From Eukaryota sp. GEM-RC1 (lineage: Eukaryota), in NCBI GenBank assembly GCA_040285855.1, contig JAUFOQ010000016.1:2604001-2668000 (forward strand): 64,000 nt of DNA, written 5' to 3'. Below, one piece after another: positions 32,625-45,039 of the stretch. The stretch's first letter is position 1. Every line of letters begins with the position of its first letter. Both the position numbers and the translations under genes were made by a program. The notes below the pieces were generated by a model, which saw nothing but the letters and a program-made list of their open reading frames with translations, searched no databases and was not told the origin of the DNA.

Positions 32625-33967
32625 CTAAACCAACAATAAACACTCCGCCAAAAACACGCCTGCATCACGATCAGACCAATACTTGATGTGGGCTTTGACA
32701 CCAGATAAAAGTGATACAGAAGAACCTTTAGCATCAATAACGTAATCATATCTTGCACCAAAACAAACTTCTGAAACTTGGTCAAACTTTGGTTGGACTA
32801 ATACTTTCGGAGAAGCTGTCGTTGGAGGTTTGTCTTGAAAGTCGGAAATTCCCAAATCAAGAGCTGCAGCATAATCAATTTCTTCTTCTTCTGAAGACAT
32901 TAGCAGCTCGTCAACAGTCTCAGCATCTTGTAGGGCGTCATTAGCATCAGAAAGGTCAAGTGAAACCAACTCTTCCTGAACAGAACTCTTTCTAAAGAAA
33001 CCTCTTGTACGCTGTCGGAGGGAATTTAGTCTGGTAACGGTTTTAAAGCACTGAACTGGCATAGATTCGAAAAAACTACGGTGAAAAGTAGGTTCAATTC
33101 TATAAGCAAGGACATCGAGAGCGTTGCAAAGGCAAAACCAATTACGGGTAAGTGGAATTCGTAGAGACTTTCCCGGTACAAGATCTCCTTCTAAATGAAG
33201 CATCACACTGAGTGCAGAGCCACAAGTAAAGAAAGTATCAACAGGAAAAGATAACTGTGGTACATGAATCGGGTCTTCTTTAGAGGAAGGCTTAATAACC
33301 GGCGTGACACCATCAGAAAGGAGTTGCTCTACAAGAGCATAGACGTTCCCGTTCATTGGTACTAGGTCAGTTATGGGAGTAGTCAGATTTCCCTGCCTAG
33401 AGAGAATGTAATGTGAAATGATGGCTCCAAGAGAGTGGCCGAATAATGACACAGAACCAGAAAACTTGGGGAAGGTGTGTAAAAAGGAGGTGTATTCAGT
33501 CATTAGCTGAAGGCAAACATGGGAGACGATACGTTGTCGGAACTCCTTGGTTTGCCACAATACTACATCGAGTGCTTGGTTCTCAGAGATATTCCTCCAG
33601 AATAAGATGTTCTTGGGAGGATTTGAGAGAGGAACTCTAAGAGGTTTCAGCGTGGCTTCTAGATCATTACGGACAGAAGTATGCCATGGAATAGGAATAA
33701 CATGTACAAGAGTATCAGAATATTTCTGAAAATGGGATTGAATAGCAGCATTGATGTTGTCTGCCAAAAGTTTCGAGTTTTTGGTATGATTACCTTCACC
33801 TATACCGAAGACAACAAAAGAAGATGAGTGGGTGTTTGATCCGTGGAAGATGCAGATCTGGTTTTTTCCGGAGTGGTAGCTAATCCAGAGAAGTCATCTT
33901 CAAGAGCCAAACCAAAATCATTGGCATTGTTTTTGTTCTTATTGTTGCGGAAGAAAAATCGTGACAT
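32625..33967 (-). CDS. DDHD-domain phospholipase A1 (PA-PLA1-like) with a 1-nt homopolymer frameshift near 33817
   Basis: THLLFVVFGIG (reconstructed), lipase GHSLG, FFTCGSAL, DVLAYRIEP, RYDYV, HIKYW. Confidence 0.88.
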
Positions 33968-34289
33968 TCAATGTCAAATGATGAAGAAAATTGATTCACA
34001 ACCTAGACTTCCGAATCGAAACTACAGGTATGGTCGCATCACCTTATGTGCGAGGTCCAACTTTTGTGATGCAACATTTTTTTTTTATTTTTTATTTGAG
34101 TTAACCTCCTCCACAAAAGTATTGTCACAATAAAATAATGGCCCTTCTTTCTCACGCATTCCTAGACTTCACCAATGTTTTTGGTCGATTAATTTTTGCT
34201 GGATAAAAGAAACTGGACTTTCACCAAATTTCAATTTTTCAAAAATCTCATGAATCCATCATTTTTTCTGAACTCAAGTTCTGTCACTA

Positions 34290-34650
34290 AAAACCAAATT
34301 TGTGTTTCAACCTTTTGCTGTTTCTCTTTTGGATCTATTAGTCCTGCTGGTGATCAATTTTTCAAGGATTTCGAAGAATTGTGTAAAGAAAAGAAGCGTC
34401 AGTTTAGAATGGCTGAATGGAAAAACCGTATAGTGTTTTCCATATATCGGAATATGCCTTTCTATTTCTCTAGATTAATTGAGAAATTGAACAAGTTTGG
34501 TGTGAAGGTTAATGTTGATAAACGTAATCTTTTACCGGGTGGTGATGAAGTCGTTTGGATTTAATCTTAGTATTATTGGTTTGTTTTTACAATTTCATAG
34601 TTTGTTGGAAGGTTACCTTATTGGATGCCGAATAAACATATATATATCTA
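34290..34650 (+). mobile_element. RLE-type non-LTR retrotransposon 3' end with AATAAA and (TA)n tail
   Basis: FGSISPAGDQFFKDFEELCK...WKNRIVFSIYR...*, 3'UTR shared with 8757-8871, then aataaa and (ta)n. Confidence 0.7.
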
Positions 34651-35045
34651 AAAACCAGCTTAATGTTCATTATTTTCATGAAGAATAAAAACATACTATT
34701 CAAATTAATAGATATTTTTTTGTCATTGCAAAGCTCGCTATTATTTTTTGGCGCCGCATTTTTGCGTCACGTTTATTTGAGCCAATATTTTGCAGAAGAG
34801 GTTAGTGTGCTATTCGTATACTCGATTCTTTCACAGTAAGTTAGCCTTTATCACAAAAATAAGTTAAAATCATGAAAGCGGAACCTAGAAAAAATAGATG
34901 TACATGAATGGTTTCCAAATTCGTTGGATTAATGCTTTACAGAACGAACACATTATATCGAACAAGAAAGCAGTCATAGTCATGTCTATTTTCCATTGAA
35001 TTGATCAGACAGAAGATTTCAAGTGTTGGTATGATAAACATGGAG

Positions 35046-35441
35046 TCAGCAATCCGCTCCAGCAACAGAATCATCCGAAAAGAACTGAGAGACAGCTTTA
35101 GTACCCTCTGCAACTGCGAATCTACTGAGCATTCCTGGAAACAACAGTCTAACAGCTGTTTGAATCTCCTTACTAGTTAAAGTATTTGTGCCACTAGCTC
35201 TGGCAATTCGACACGCCTCAGTAGTAACACGCTCAAAGATATCGTGAATTATAAAATCCATGATACCCATGGCTTTAACGGAGATACCTAGGTCGGGATG
35301 TACTTGTTTTAAAGTTCTCCAAATGGAAGGACACCACCTGCCATCAGATAAAGGATCATCTGGTGAAACAGACAACTCTTCAAGTTCAGCAGATAAGGAA
35401 GTTGGCTCTGAAGTATCTGATGACAAAGGTATTTGATTCAT
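35046..35441 (-). CDS. H2B: Divergent histone H2B variant with acidic tails
   Basis: [23 protein letters not shown]...DIFERV...[17 protein letters not shown]...AVAEGTKAV. Confidence 0.9.
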   Translation of the reverse strand: MNQIPLSSDTSEPTSLSAELEELSVSPDDPLSDGRWCPSIWRTLKQVHPDLGISVKAMGIMDFIIHDIFERVTTEACRIARASGTNTLTSKEIQTAVRLLFPGMLSRFAVAEGTKAVSQFFSDDSVAGADC

Positions 35442-35837
35442 TCAGAAGAAGAAAAAACGAAATGTCAATCTGATAGGACTTTGTCAATTGGGCTCGACTT
35501 ATGGAAAATAAACTCTATCTATCTCGAACTTCTATATGTCGAAAATGAATCAATCCAAGTGTATCTAAATACAAGCAAACAACGGTGTTTAGTTTTTGTC
35601 CAGAGTTTTATGTTTACTTTACCACACTCCAAGTGTATTTCCGCACATTCTAACCCCAATCGCCAAAAGTATCTTTATTGTCAAGCTCTTTTTAAAATTT
35701 AAAACAGCTACATGTTTTCCATTACAGAACATCATTAACAAGGAGAAAACCAAACCTCCTGTTCCTCTCATACTCATGTTAGAATCAAAAATACAAAAAC
35801 TGACAATAATTAAAAAATCACAGGTTTTCTGTACAAG

Positions 35838-35904
35838 TGCCAGCTTACCCTTTACCACGGTTCTATTGGAAAATCAGATAAAGCTGACTTTCACACTGCT
35901 GGCA
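35838..35904. ncRNA. Candidate structured RNA, copy 1 (stem plus TTACCCTTTACCACG)
   Basis: Stem TGCCAGC/GCTGGCA closes a loop that starts with a 15-mer identical to 44953-44967. Confidence 0.45.
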
Positions 35905-36460
35905 TTATAGGTGAAAATGAGAACGATTCATTGTGTTGAGATTGATTTGTACAACTACTTTTTCCAGCATTTACATTCATATCGTGTATTGCTCACATAA
36001 CAGATTCACAAACAACCTAATGCAACATCTGATTTCCAATACACATGTTAAAAGAGAAATTGTATGATGACCTCAGACTTTATTATCTTTTGGAAGATGT
36101 TGTGAATATAAACTAGTTGAAAATAGTTGAAAACTAATTTTGTACCTTGCGAATATTGAGTATTAGATGCATTTGCCCTATAGTGTTGTTCATAACTTTA
36201 ATACAGTTGTCCCTATAAGATCGTGTAATTAAAGAAAGCACAGCACATAGTTAGGTACCTCTCTCAAAAAGCAATACAAGTATCCTCAAAGTCTCTTATG
36301 TTGTTAATAAATACTTCAATAAACGCCTTTTAAATACACACTGATATTGATCAATTTCTAATGAATTAGTAACACAAACAGTTATAGATTTGATAGAAAG
36401 TAAAGCCAACAAAGCGTGTTACAACAAAAAATTTATATAACAAATTCTAAAATTTCCAGA

Positions 36461-38637
36461 CTAAACAAGTAGACTATTCTTAGTCCACTGCACATTTGGA
36501 TTTCTCAAATCGGTCATAGCAGTGGGTTCCGTATCTTCCAAAACATATACTGGAACAGGTTTGCCAAAATACATAAATATACCAACAAACACCCCAGTAC
36601 ATAACAAAATAGCAAAGAAAGGATGCAGACCCATGGCAGTGGGGGCATGGCCTAAGAAACAAACTACTCCAGCTACAACAAATCCATAAGGAGTCTGAGT
36701 TTTCACATGCTCAACTAGCTCACATCTAGCAGAAGAACTAGCAAGAATAGTTGTATCACCCAGAATACTCAAATGCTGTGATTAATTAATAATGAGAACA
36801 AACATTTCCTAACACCGATCCACCTAGAACAACAGCAATCATGGACAACAAAACTCGTTCATTATCAGGGGCAGCTGAGTGGGCCAGTGGAACAGCTAAA
36901 GGAATAATCAAGGAGAGAGTACCCCAAGCAGTCCCCGTGGAGTAAGAAATAGCAGATGAAATGATAAAGATGACCACGATTAACACAACCGGTGGAAAAC
37001 CTTCTGGAATTAGTGACATTAACCAACGTGCTGTTCCAATGTCTCTAGCTGCACTACTCAAAGCCCATACCAGTATCAAAATCAAAGCACTAGAAACAAG
37101 TGACTTAAACCCTCCTAAGACAGCCTCAATGTTCTGTTTCAAGCTGGCAATCTTTTGGAAGAGATTGAGTAGGATAGAAACAATGAGAGCAATAGTAGTA
37201 CCATTCAGTAAAGCATCAAAGACTTCAGCTCTACCAAAAATAGAAGTAGCAGAATAATCAAGTAAGGCTAATTCCTCTTCAATCTCAGCAATCATTACAG
37301 TGTCATTAATAGCTTTATAGACTTTCAACTGCCGTTCGAGTCCATTCATTTCGTCAGATACTTCATTAACTCCGCTCAGAATCATAAGACCAAGGACAGA
37401 GACAACGGTGAGTAGAATTGGAACAAGAGCATTGTAAACACGACATGGTTTGGTGGGATCTGGTTTCATTGAGGGTTCTTCAAAGTTATCCTCATCATCT
37501 CCTTCTTCTACTTCACTGTAAGTACTGTTGGGTCCACGGTAGGCCATTTCAGCGGTGTACATGGGTCCAAAGTCACGCTTTAAAAAAGATGTTGAGGAGA
37601 ACAAAGATGATGGTCATTAGTGGGTAGAAGGTATATGGAATTGAACGCACAAACAATAGGAAAGGTTCGTAGTCGAGTTCAAGGAGGTCAATCTCGTTTC
37701 TGAGTAAGGAGACTTGGAATCCAATCCAACTTGAGATGACAGCAATGGAGGAGATGGGAGAAGCTAAAGCATCAAGAAGATAAGCTATTTTAGCAGGGGA
37801 AACACGGAGTTTTGCGAGTACAGGGCGGATGGCAAGACCCTGGGGTTAGAAAGAAAGAGAGTGGGCAAACAGTTAGTAGGATGGAGTTAAATTCGTCGAT
37901 AAAGACCGTACAGATACAGCAGAGTAGACCTACCATAGCTTTGGTTGAGGAAGTGGCGAGCTTACCTATAAAGTTGGTCAAACCTTGACTTCCCCCCTGA
38001 TCGAGATACAGTTCCAATGAGACCGCCCTGAGATGAGAATAAGAGTAGATTTCATACGAGGACAACGAAGAAGATGGTAAGTTTGGCATGACCAGGATCA
38101 ATGATGGCAACAATACAGTAATGACTGATTGTTTTGAAAATACCATTGATTGGGTTGAAGTTCCAAATGAAGGTGGATGCTAGAACAATTCCAATGAACA
38201 AAGAAGGTATGACTTGCTTAGTGATGATGGCTAGCGAGATAATGAGTATCTGAGGTAGGATGGTGAGTATTCCAGGGATAGTGTTGATAGAGAACAAAGC
38301 AGGAGGAGTTTCAGTGGATAGACATTCTACTTGCAAAGTGTGACGTCCCATAGATTCAATAACAACATCATTCAATACAAGAGAGTGGTAAAGCGACTCA
38401 TCTAGAGTGATGTTATGAAGAGAAGAGACGACTTTATCATTGTGAGTAATGTAGAATTGGACTACTTCACCAACGTAATGGAAAAAGTCAGGAGAATCTA
38501 AAGTAAAAGTGATACCGACAGAGAACGAAACTGAAGAAGTAGCAACAGGAGGAACATCAAGATCGTCATAAATGATGTTAGGGAAGACACTGAGCGAGAA
38601 CCACTATGGCTAAAAGGAGAAGGAATGATCCATTCAT
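36461..38637 (-). CDS. NhaC-family Na+/H+ antiporter-like transporter with a signal peptide; 3 introns and ~3 homopolymer indels
   Basis: FIDEFNS...|GLAIRP...VSPAKIAYLLD...SPISSI; RDFGPM; ISYSTGTAWGT; GN|HLSILGDTTILASS...HVKTQTPY. Confidence 0.85.
36776..36803 (-). other. 28-nt spliceosomal intron
   Basis: GTTTGT...TTAAT-CACAG; splicing restores GNHLS-x2-DTT. Confidence 0.85.
37840..37870 (-). other. 31-nt spliceosomal intron
   Basis: GTTTGC...CTAAC-CCCAG; splicing restores the frame. Confidence 0.88.
38028..38057 (-). other. 30-nt spliceosomal intron
   Basis: GTATGA...CTCAT-CTCAG; contains an in-frame TGA, and splicing gives VL|GGLIGTVSRSGG. Confidence 0.85.
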
Positions 38638-39004
38638 CCTTCTGTTTGGACTGTTTCAAGAAGAAGCAATTGAGCGAATCCAAAGATTCAATAATGCTAC
38701 AGATTCAATAATGCTACAGATTCACTGTAGTAAATAAAGGCTATGACTATGACAAATAGTTGAGTCTAACTCCTAGACCCCGCTTCAAATGATGCTCCAC
38801 AACAGGAGTGTGTATCGATAAAATCATATTGTTCGATAACAATATAATATCGGAGAGCAGATGTTGTTGTCCCTTCTTCTTCAGACAAATTGTTTGTTGT
38901 TGATGTAGTGTCGGTTGATGTTTGTAAAAAGACATCTTTAAAGAACGCTTCATCTGAAACTTCTCCTTTAGACATTTCTGAACAGGCCAAACAGGATAAG
39001 TACA

Positions 39005-39380
39005 TAAAACCATTGATGGCTTTAAAACATGTAAAACATGTTGAGTACGAATTATGTCCTTTGCCGTTTCAATTTACGGACGTTTAGGAAAAGTGCATTG
39101 AATTTTTTAAACGATTTCGGAAAAATCGTAAAAAATAGGATGAACAAACGTTTTGATCATACGTTATGGTTGAATCGGATCGTTTTTACTGTTTTTAAAA
39201 CAGTTCCCCTAATCATCTCCAAAGCTTTATTAGCAGTGAGTGCCTTTTATGAGGACAAAGCTGTTGTAAGGTTTGATAGCGACGGGTCTTGTTTTAATGA
39301 CATCAAATTTTAGTTGTTTGATCTATTACATTTATAATAAACTTTAATCCCTCAAAAAAAATATAATATATATATAGATA
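39005..39380 (+). mobile_element. RLE-type non-LTR retrotransposon 3' fragment
   Basis: KHVEY...FDHTLWLNRIVFTVFKTVPLIISKAL...CFNDIKF*, then aataaa and an A/TA-rich tail; homologous to 46100-46400. Confidence 0.75.
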
Positions 39381-40461
39381 TCTACTTATCGACCCGACAA
39401 TTCTGAAAGATATATTTATCGACTGTCTCCAACGAGTGATTTCTCTGAAACATGTCACATTCACTGGTCACATATCGGTATTAGTCTCACTTAGACTCAT
39501 TTCTTGTGAGAGTAATAGCAATTATTTCGCACTTGTACTAGACATCCCACATTTTTAGGAACCAATAAGTAATTACCACACAAGGTGACAGTATACTTTC
39601 AGACTAAGAAAGACGTATTGTCAGTTTATTTCTTAAGGAATTGGAAGAATATTTAATATTCCCAAAAAAGAGAGTTACTCACAATAACTGATTAACACAT
39701 CATTATTCAAAAAGTACACGAAAACAGATTCTCCCTACAATTTTGGAAACATATCGCTCCAGGCATAGCCTTAACCCAAGATCACGTAAACTCACACAAC
39801 ATATTACACATTTTTCAAGAACTTCAAAGTCGGTGAATGTATTGGCATGCGGATCGTGCTCCAACGGAAACAAAAACAAACAAAAGCAGAGACAAACACA
39901 CATTATTAAACCAAAAATACTATGAAAACAAACGATCTATTGAAGCCCCCAATTCCGAAAAGTCGTTACCACCAAATAATTTGGCCAAAATAGAATCAAG
40001 ATATCTATATAAAGTTGTAGTATTTTTAACGTTGTAAAAAAGGTACACATCTAAAGACAGTTCTATCATTTAATATACTAATTGAAGATGGATAGATACA
40101 TTCTCTGCTATAATGATATCAAGTTAGATGCTGATTAATTGCCACAAATAAAATCTTCCTTTTAGTTTTATACTGGTGGGTATTAGATTAATAATGAAAT
40201 ATTTATTACCATTGTAATAAAATATAATGGCATAAAAAGTACAAAAAATATAATGTCGTTTTTCCTAAAGCAGTCCAAAATCCACAGTACTAAGAACATG
40301 GTAATTCCCAGTGTCAGTTAATTAGTAAAGATGTTGAGCAAAAGCAATTCAGTTCTTATGGAATAATTCTGTTCTTAAAAGAAAAATGTTTATGTACAGC
40401 AAAGAAAACATCAGAAGTGGTACTAGCAATACCGTATGTGATTGTCAAAATGAACAAAGCC

Positions 40462-43046
40462 TTACAAACGTGTCGTTGCTTCATCACGGTACAACGACTC
40501 ATGAGATCTATTTAAATGAACAAAATCATTCAACTTTTCGAGATTAAAAACAGCTGTAGTAAACGAAAGATTAAGATCTTCCAAGTTAAGAAACGAATCC
40601 AAGACATTACAACTGAAGTATTTCAACCCCTTCAGATTCAACTTCTTTAAACAAGTAAATTGTTCGAAATATTTCAAATAATTAATATCTGAGTCGGAAA
40701 GATCTAATTCCAAATTCATACCATCCCATGTGACACGTGGCGTGGAAAAGAACAAACTGAAGCTTTAAGTAGATTCAAACCAAACTGTAAATCACTGGAT
40801 ACTGACGGGAACGTAGCTTTTGAACAGTCAAACACTTTGATTGACCGAGAAACTAATATTTCAATCATATTTAAAGGGAATGAATAACCAAAACTTCCAG
40901 CAAATCCAAGTAATCCACTGCTTACATCTAACCGATAGGGCTGTAAAGTGATATCAATGTGGCTGATTAGATTGATGTTATCATAAAAAAGTAGAAAGAC
41001 ATCAAAACTGAATGTTGGATTACTAAAAACGATAGTCTTAATGAATTCATTTGTTCTTAGTCTGGAGATAAATGATGTAAAACTTGATTGATCATAAAAG
41101 GAACAATCAGTAAATTTAACCTCAGTTAAAAACTGGTCAGATTTATCATAAAGGATCAACAATTGATTAAACACTTCTACATCTTCTTGATCAAAACGAC
41201 CGTCAACGACATCAATGGTCCTCAACACTTTTACTCGCTTCCTTTGTTCCGAAGCCTCTATCATTGCTGTGTGCCCAGTGATTGAGTAAGGATTGTGTTT
41301 TAGGTTGAGTAACCGAAGGGAACCGAACTGGAGTACAAAACTAGCCAGAATTTGAATCTCTCTATCTTTAAGATTACAGTGAGAAAGATTTAACAGGACT
41401 AGCGATGTTGAAAGAAGTACAGATGCAAAAACGTCATTTACCAATCGACGGAGAGAGATATAGGAGAGATCTAGTTCTTGGAGATTAGGACATTTAACAA
41501 AAACAGTGTCACACATAAAGTAATTGAGGTCATTTACATAACCAGATCGTAAACTCAAATATTTTAAATTATTTGGTCGTATTATCATGGGCTCTCGGTA
41601 GCCTCCTTCGGCAGATGCATGGCTGTACATGTCGATGTGTAAATGTTTCAAGTTCTTTTGACACATTAACCATGAAAGCAGACTTGCAAACTGCAAAATC
41701 GTTCCTCCCTTACAGAAATACAGATCAATACGTTCTAAACGACTTGAATGCATACCCGATTCTAAAGACTCGTTTATATGTTGGATAGTAGTTCTGGATG
41801 CCTCGAACTTCAAGGAAAGTCTTGATAAGGAGAGATTTCGTCTAAACACATTGTGTATGGGATTAACTTCATCATAGTCGAACCCAAGAGGAAATTCCCA
41901 ATCAAGATAAGTCACAGATGTGTTCCATGACAGTCCTTCAATCACTGACGTGATCCCTGCCTGACTGAGATGACATTCTTTAATTGAAAGCTTTTTAAGT
42001 CTAGTGTTGGTAGCAAGATAGTTAGTAAGAAACGTAGATACGTCACCATTGAAGGAACAATTAACAAAAGACAAGTCGGTCAAAAATGATTCATGGTCAC
42101 CAACAGAAGATTCCTGAATAGAAATATTATAGAGCGCTAGGTTAAGACCAAAGGCTGAAAGATCCATTGGAACAGCTTCAGTGATAGATTGGCCACGGAT
42201 TGGAGGTTTAGTAGAACCACGGACTTCAAGACGACATAGATTACGACAGAAGCAGGGATCGTGAGGAGTCAGAAAGTCGAACTTAGCAGTGTGTGGAAGT
42301 GATAGAGATTTAATTCGAGGGAGTAGATGAGAAGGAAAGCTGGAAACCGAACACAAAGTAGCATCAAAGAACATGTTCAAAAATATTGTATCGAAGGGAA
42401 GACTCAGTACAGGGCATAGTGGATTCTGGCGCAGATGGAGGATCGTAGTAAGAATTGGAACATTTGTTGAGTTTGATGATGAAACAGAAACTGTTCTGTT
42501 ATAACAGAATATTTCAACCGTTTGCTGGAAAAGACGAAGAAATCTCTTGCTGACACGTCCTAAGTAAGAAACATTGTCCAATAGAGCAGGAAGACGAGAG
42601 AGATGGAAAGATTCTGTGTCTTTTGCTACTCGATTGAAGACATTGTTGATACAAATGAGCATAACTTGTTTGATTGTGTCATATGGCAGTTTGGGAGGAC
42701 CATATTCAGCCGTGTTGGATTTATCCATGAACTCATTAGGTCGTCGTATCTGAAATACTTCCAGTTCTGTTGGAACATCACAATAGTCTGAGGGAGTTTG
42801 TGGAACATGAGACACATCTGTTGTGTCAAGATCTTCAGAGATAAAAGCAGAACGAGTTTGCTCATCGGCTTCTGATACTGCTGACCAATCCAGTAGTTCC
42901 TCACATTTAGGACACAACATGAATTCAACCACCCAACTTTCCCAACATGTTTGAGAACAGAACTTATGATTGCAGCATCCAATAGTTACATTTTCTGCTT
43001 CAACTAAGCTAGTGGAGCAATGACAACAATTAGAAGAACTGGCCAT
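40462..43046 (-). CDS. RING-finger plus RNI-like LRR protein, frameshifted near the C-terminus
   Basis: N-terminal CCHC...CCNHKFCSQTC...CPKC; LRRs such as LKKLSIKECHL, LQELDLSY, LLNLSHCNL and LLNLKHNPY. A 5-bp duplication at 40736-40745 shifts the frame. Confidence 0.8.
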
Positions 43047-43488
43047 ATTCGAGTCGAAGTCACAGAATTTGGAAATCTCTATTTCGAATTCTGTAACTTT
43101 TTGTCAGTTCAAGATTGTACTATCAGACCAGTAGAGGTCCACCTCCACCAACAGCACCAACAAGAATGTATATATTTAAAAATTTAAACCCCATTCATAC
43201 GCCTAAATGACTTAATCAATTTGTCTAGTGATGTATCCTTCAGTCTTTACATCACTATTGTGTGGTGGTCTTACTCGTGTACGATTGCATAATTGACAGT
43301 TTCTCAACTGTTCAGCCCTCAGCAAGTTCTCCTTAAGCTCAGTCCAAATTCGGAAAAAAGACTGTAATTACAAACAAAAATTATAGATTAAAGTACATTT
43401 TAGATGACTTAAACGGGCAGAAAAACAAAATATAATACAATTAAAATTACACAACACAAAAAAACCGTGGAATAAACATATAGATAAT

Positions 43489-44813
43489 CTATTTCACATA
43501 ATTCAATCGTGTCTTATATTTCTCCGCCTCAACAGTCACCAAACTAATTTTAGAATTCAGCTCTTCATTTACACTTTCCAGCATTAACATATTCTCTTTT
43601 AAACTTTCTAATTCCGTCTTGAGAGACTCTCGTTCAGTATGAGAACGCTTTAACTTCTTAGTCAGAATATCTTTTCCTTTTAGAATAATCTCGCTTTCCT
43701 GTAATTGTTGATTGAGATCAAGCACTTTTAGATCAGTTTGAACACTAGTTACTGAGTTGTTATTGACTCGTTCATAGAAAGACTGGTATTTGAACATTTT
43801 GGTTTTGAAATCCCGTCTTTCGGCTGAAATCTGAGATTGTAAGTGATTGTAATCACTATTGAGCTGATCAATCAGTTTGAGACTTTCTTGATGCTTCACA
43901 GTCAACACCTTAAAATCACGTGTCTTTTCTTCCAATTTCCTCTTGACTTTCACAAACTCAACTAATTCTGAACTAGTCTCCCTCAATCTTTTCCGAAGCT
44001 CACTCAGTTCAGTCATTAACAACACCTTGGAGGCTTCTTCATTGCGTACCTTAATTTCCAACTTTTCTGTGGCATCACAAACCTTCAACAACTCCGACCG
44101 AAGGTTCTCTCCGCTGCTTGTCTTCATAAGTTTAGCAGATCGGGGGTAGGGTTTCCCTTGGCCGGGGGACCGGAGGGGGGTAGACCTGGGGTATTAAGAG
44201 AGGGAGTGGACATTGGAGATAATGCTTCGGGAGTAGTGGATTTATATAGAGAAAGTTCCTGTGTTTGAAGAGAGAGCTGATGTTGTAGAGTAAGTTGATC
44301 TTGTTTCAGAGCTGTTATTTCCTGATGAGCTTCTGTTAGAGAGGATAGGAGTGAGGAGACTTTCCCTACCAGTTTGAGTTCATTGTCATTATCAGAGAAA
44401 GGGGGGTAATCAGGACTTTGTTGGAGGAGGAGATAGACTAGACAGGTGAGTGAGGAAATGACAGGGGGAGGGAAAAAAGGCTGGTGTGGTTCGGATGAAT
44501 TAGAATCTATAATTGGATGGTAGTGAGATAGATGGGAAGAGATTGTACTGGAGATTTGAGATCGTTGTACAGATGTAAGGACTGGATTGTGATGAAATAG
44601 TAGAGAGTAGGAGGAATCATAGGAGAGGCTGACATCCGGCGGTTGGAGATGATCTAGAAGTGCAGATATGAGGGGTTTGAGACATTGTCTTTCAAAGGAA
44701 GTCAGACGATGGGTGTAATGAGACAGTGCATCAGAACTATTATAGTACAAGGAAATGAACGATGCAGAGAAGTCTCTGATGAAAGGAGGTGAGAGATGTT
44801 GATATATGGACAT
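43489..44813 (-). CDS. Coiled-coil protein (two ORFs joined by a homopolymer frameshift near 44142-44146)
   Basis: Adding one C gives PTP|RSAKLMKTSSGE; long C-terminal heptads. Confidence 0.7.
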
Positions 44814-44929
44814 CAGCTAATAGATTAGAAATGTCAAATAGGTAAGGGTAACCTTTTGTTGAGGAGTCAATTTGGAAAGAACCAATCTAGAATCTAGAAT
44901 CTAGAATGTACAAACACTACATATAACGC

Positions 44930-45006
44930 ATCGTCGAGGTCCCAATACAAGCTTACCCTTTACCACGCTTGCATCGAAACCTTGCTTGTATTGGGACCTC
45001 GACGAT
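44930..45006. ncRNA. Candidate structured RNA, copy 2: perfect 23-bp hairpin with the same 15-nt loop motif
   Basis: ATCGTCGAGGTCCCAATACAAGC / GCTTGTATTGGGACCTCGACGAT with a 31-nt loop starting TTACCCTTTACCACG; imperfect pairing extends ~20 nt further out. Confidence 0.55.
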
Positions 45007-45039
45007 ATTGTATGTGTGTTTAGTGACCGGCTTTCTTCA

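Noticed and set aside
38684..38724. 17-bp tandem repeat (agattcaataatgctac x2.4) upstream of the NhaC gene
   Set aside because: A simple local duplication with no evidence of function.
44953..44967. U5 loop I, telomerase template or ribozyme identity for the 15-nt motif
   Set aside because: It does not match GCCUUUUAC in a closing stem, and no hammerhead, twister or pistol core could be built. It is left as unknown.
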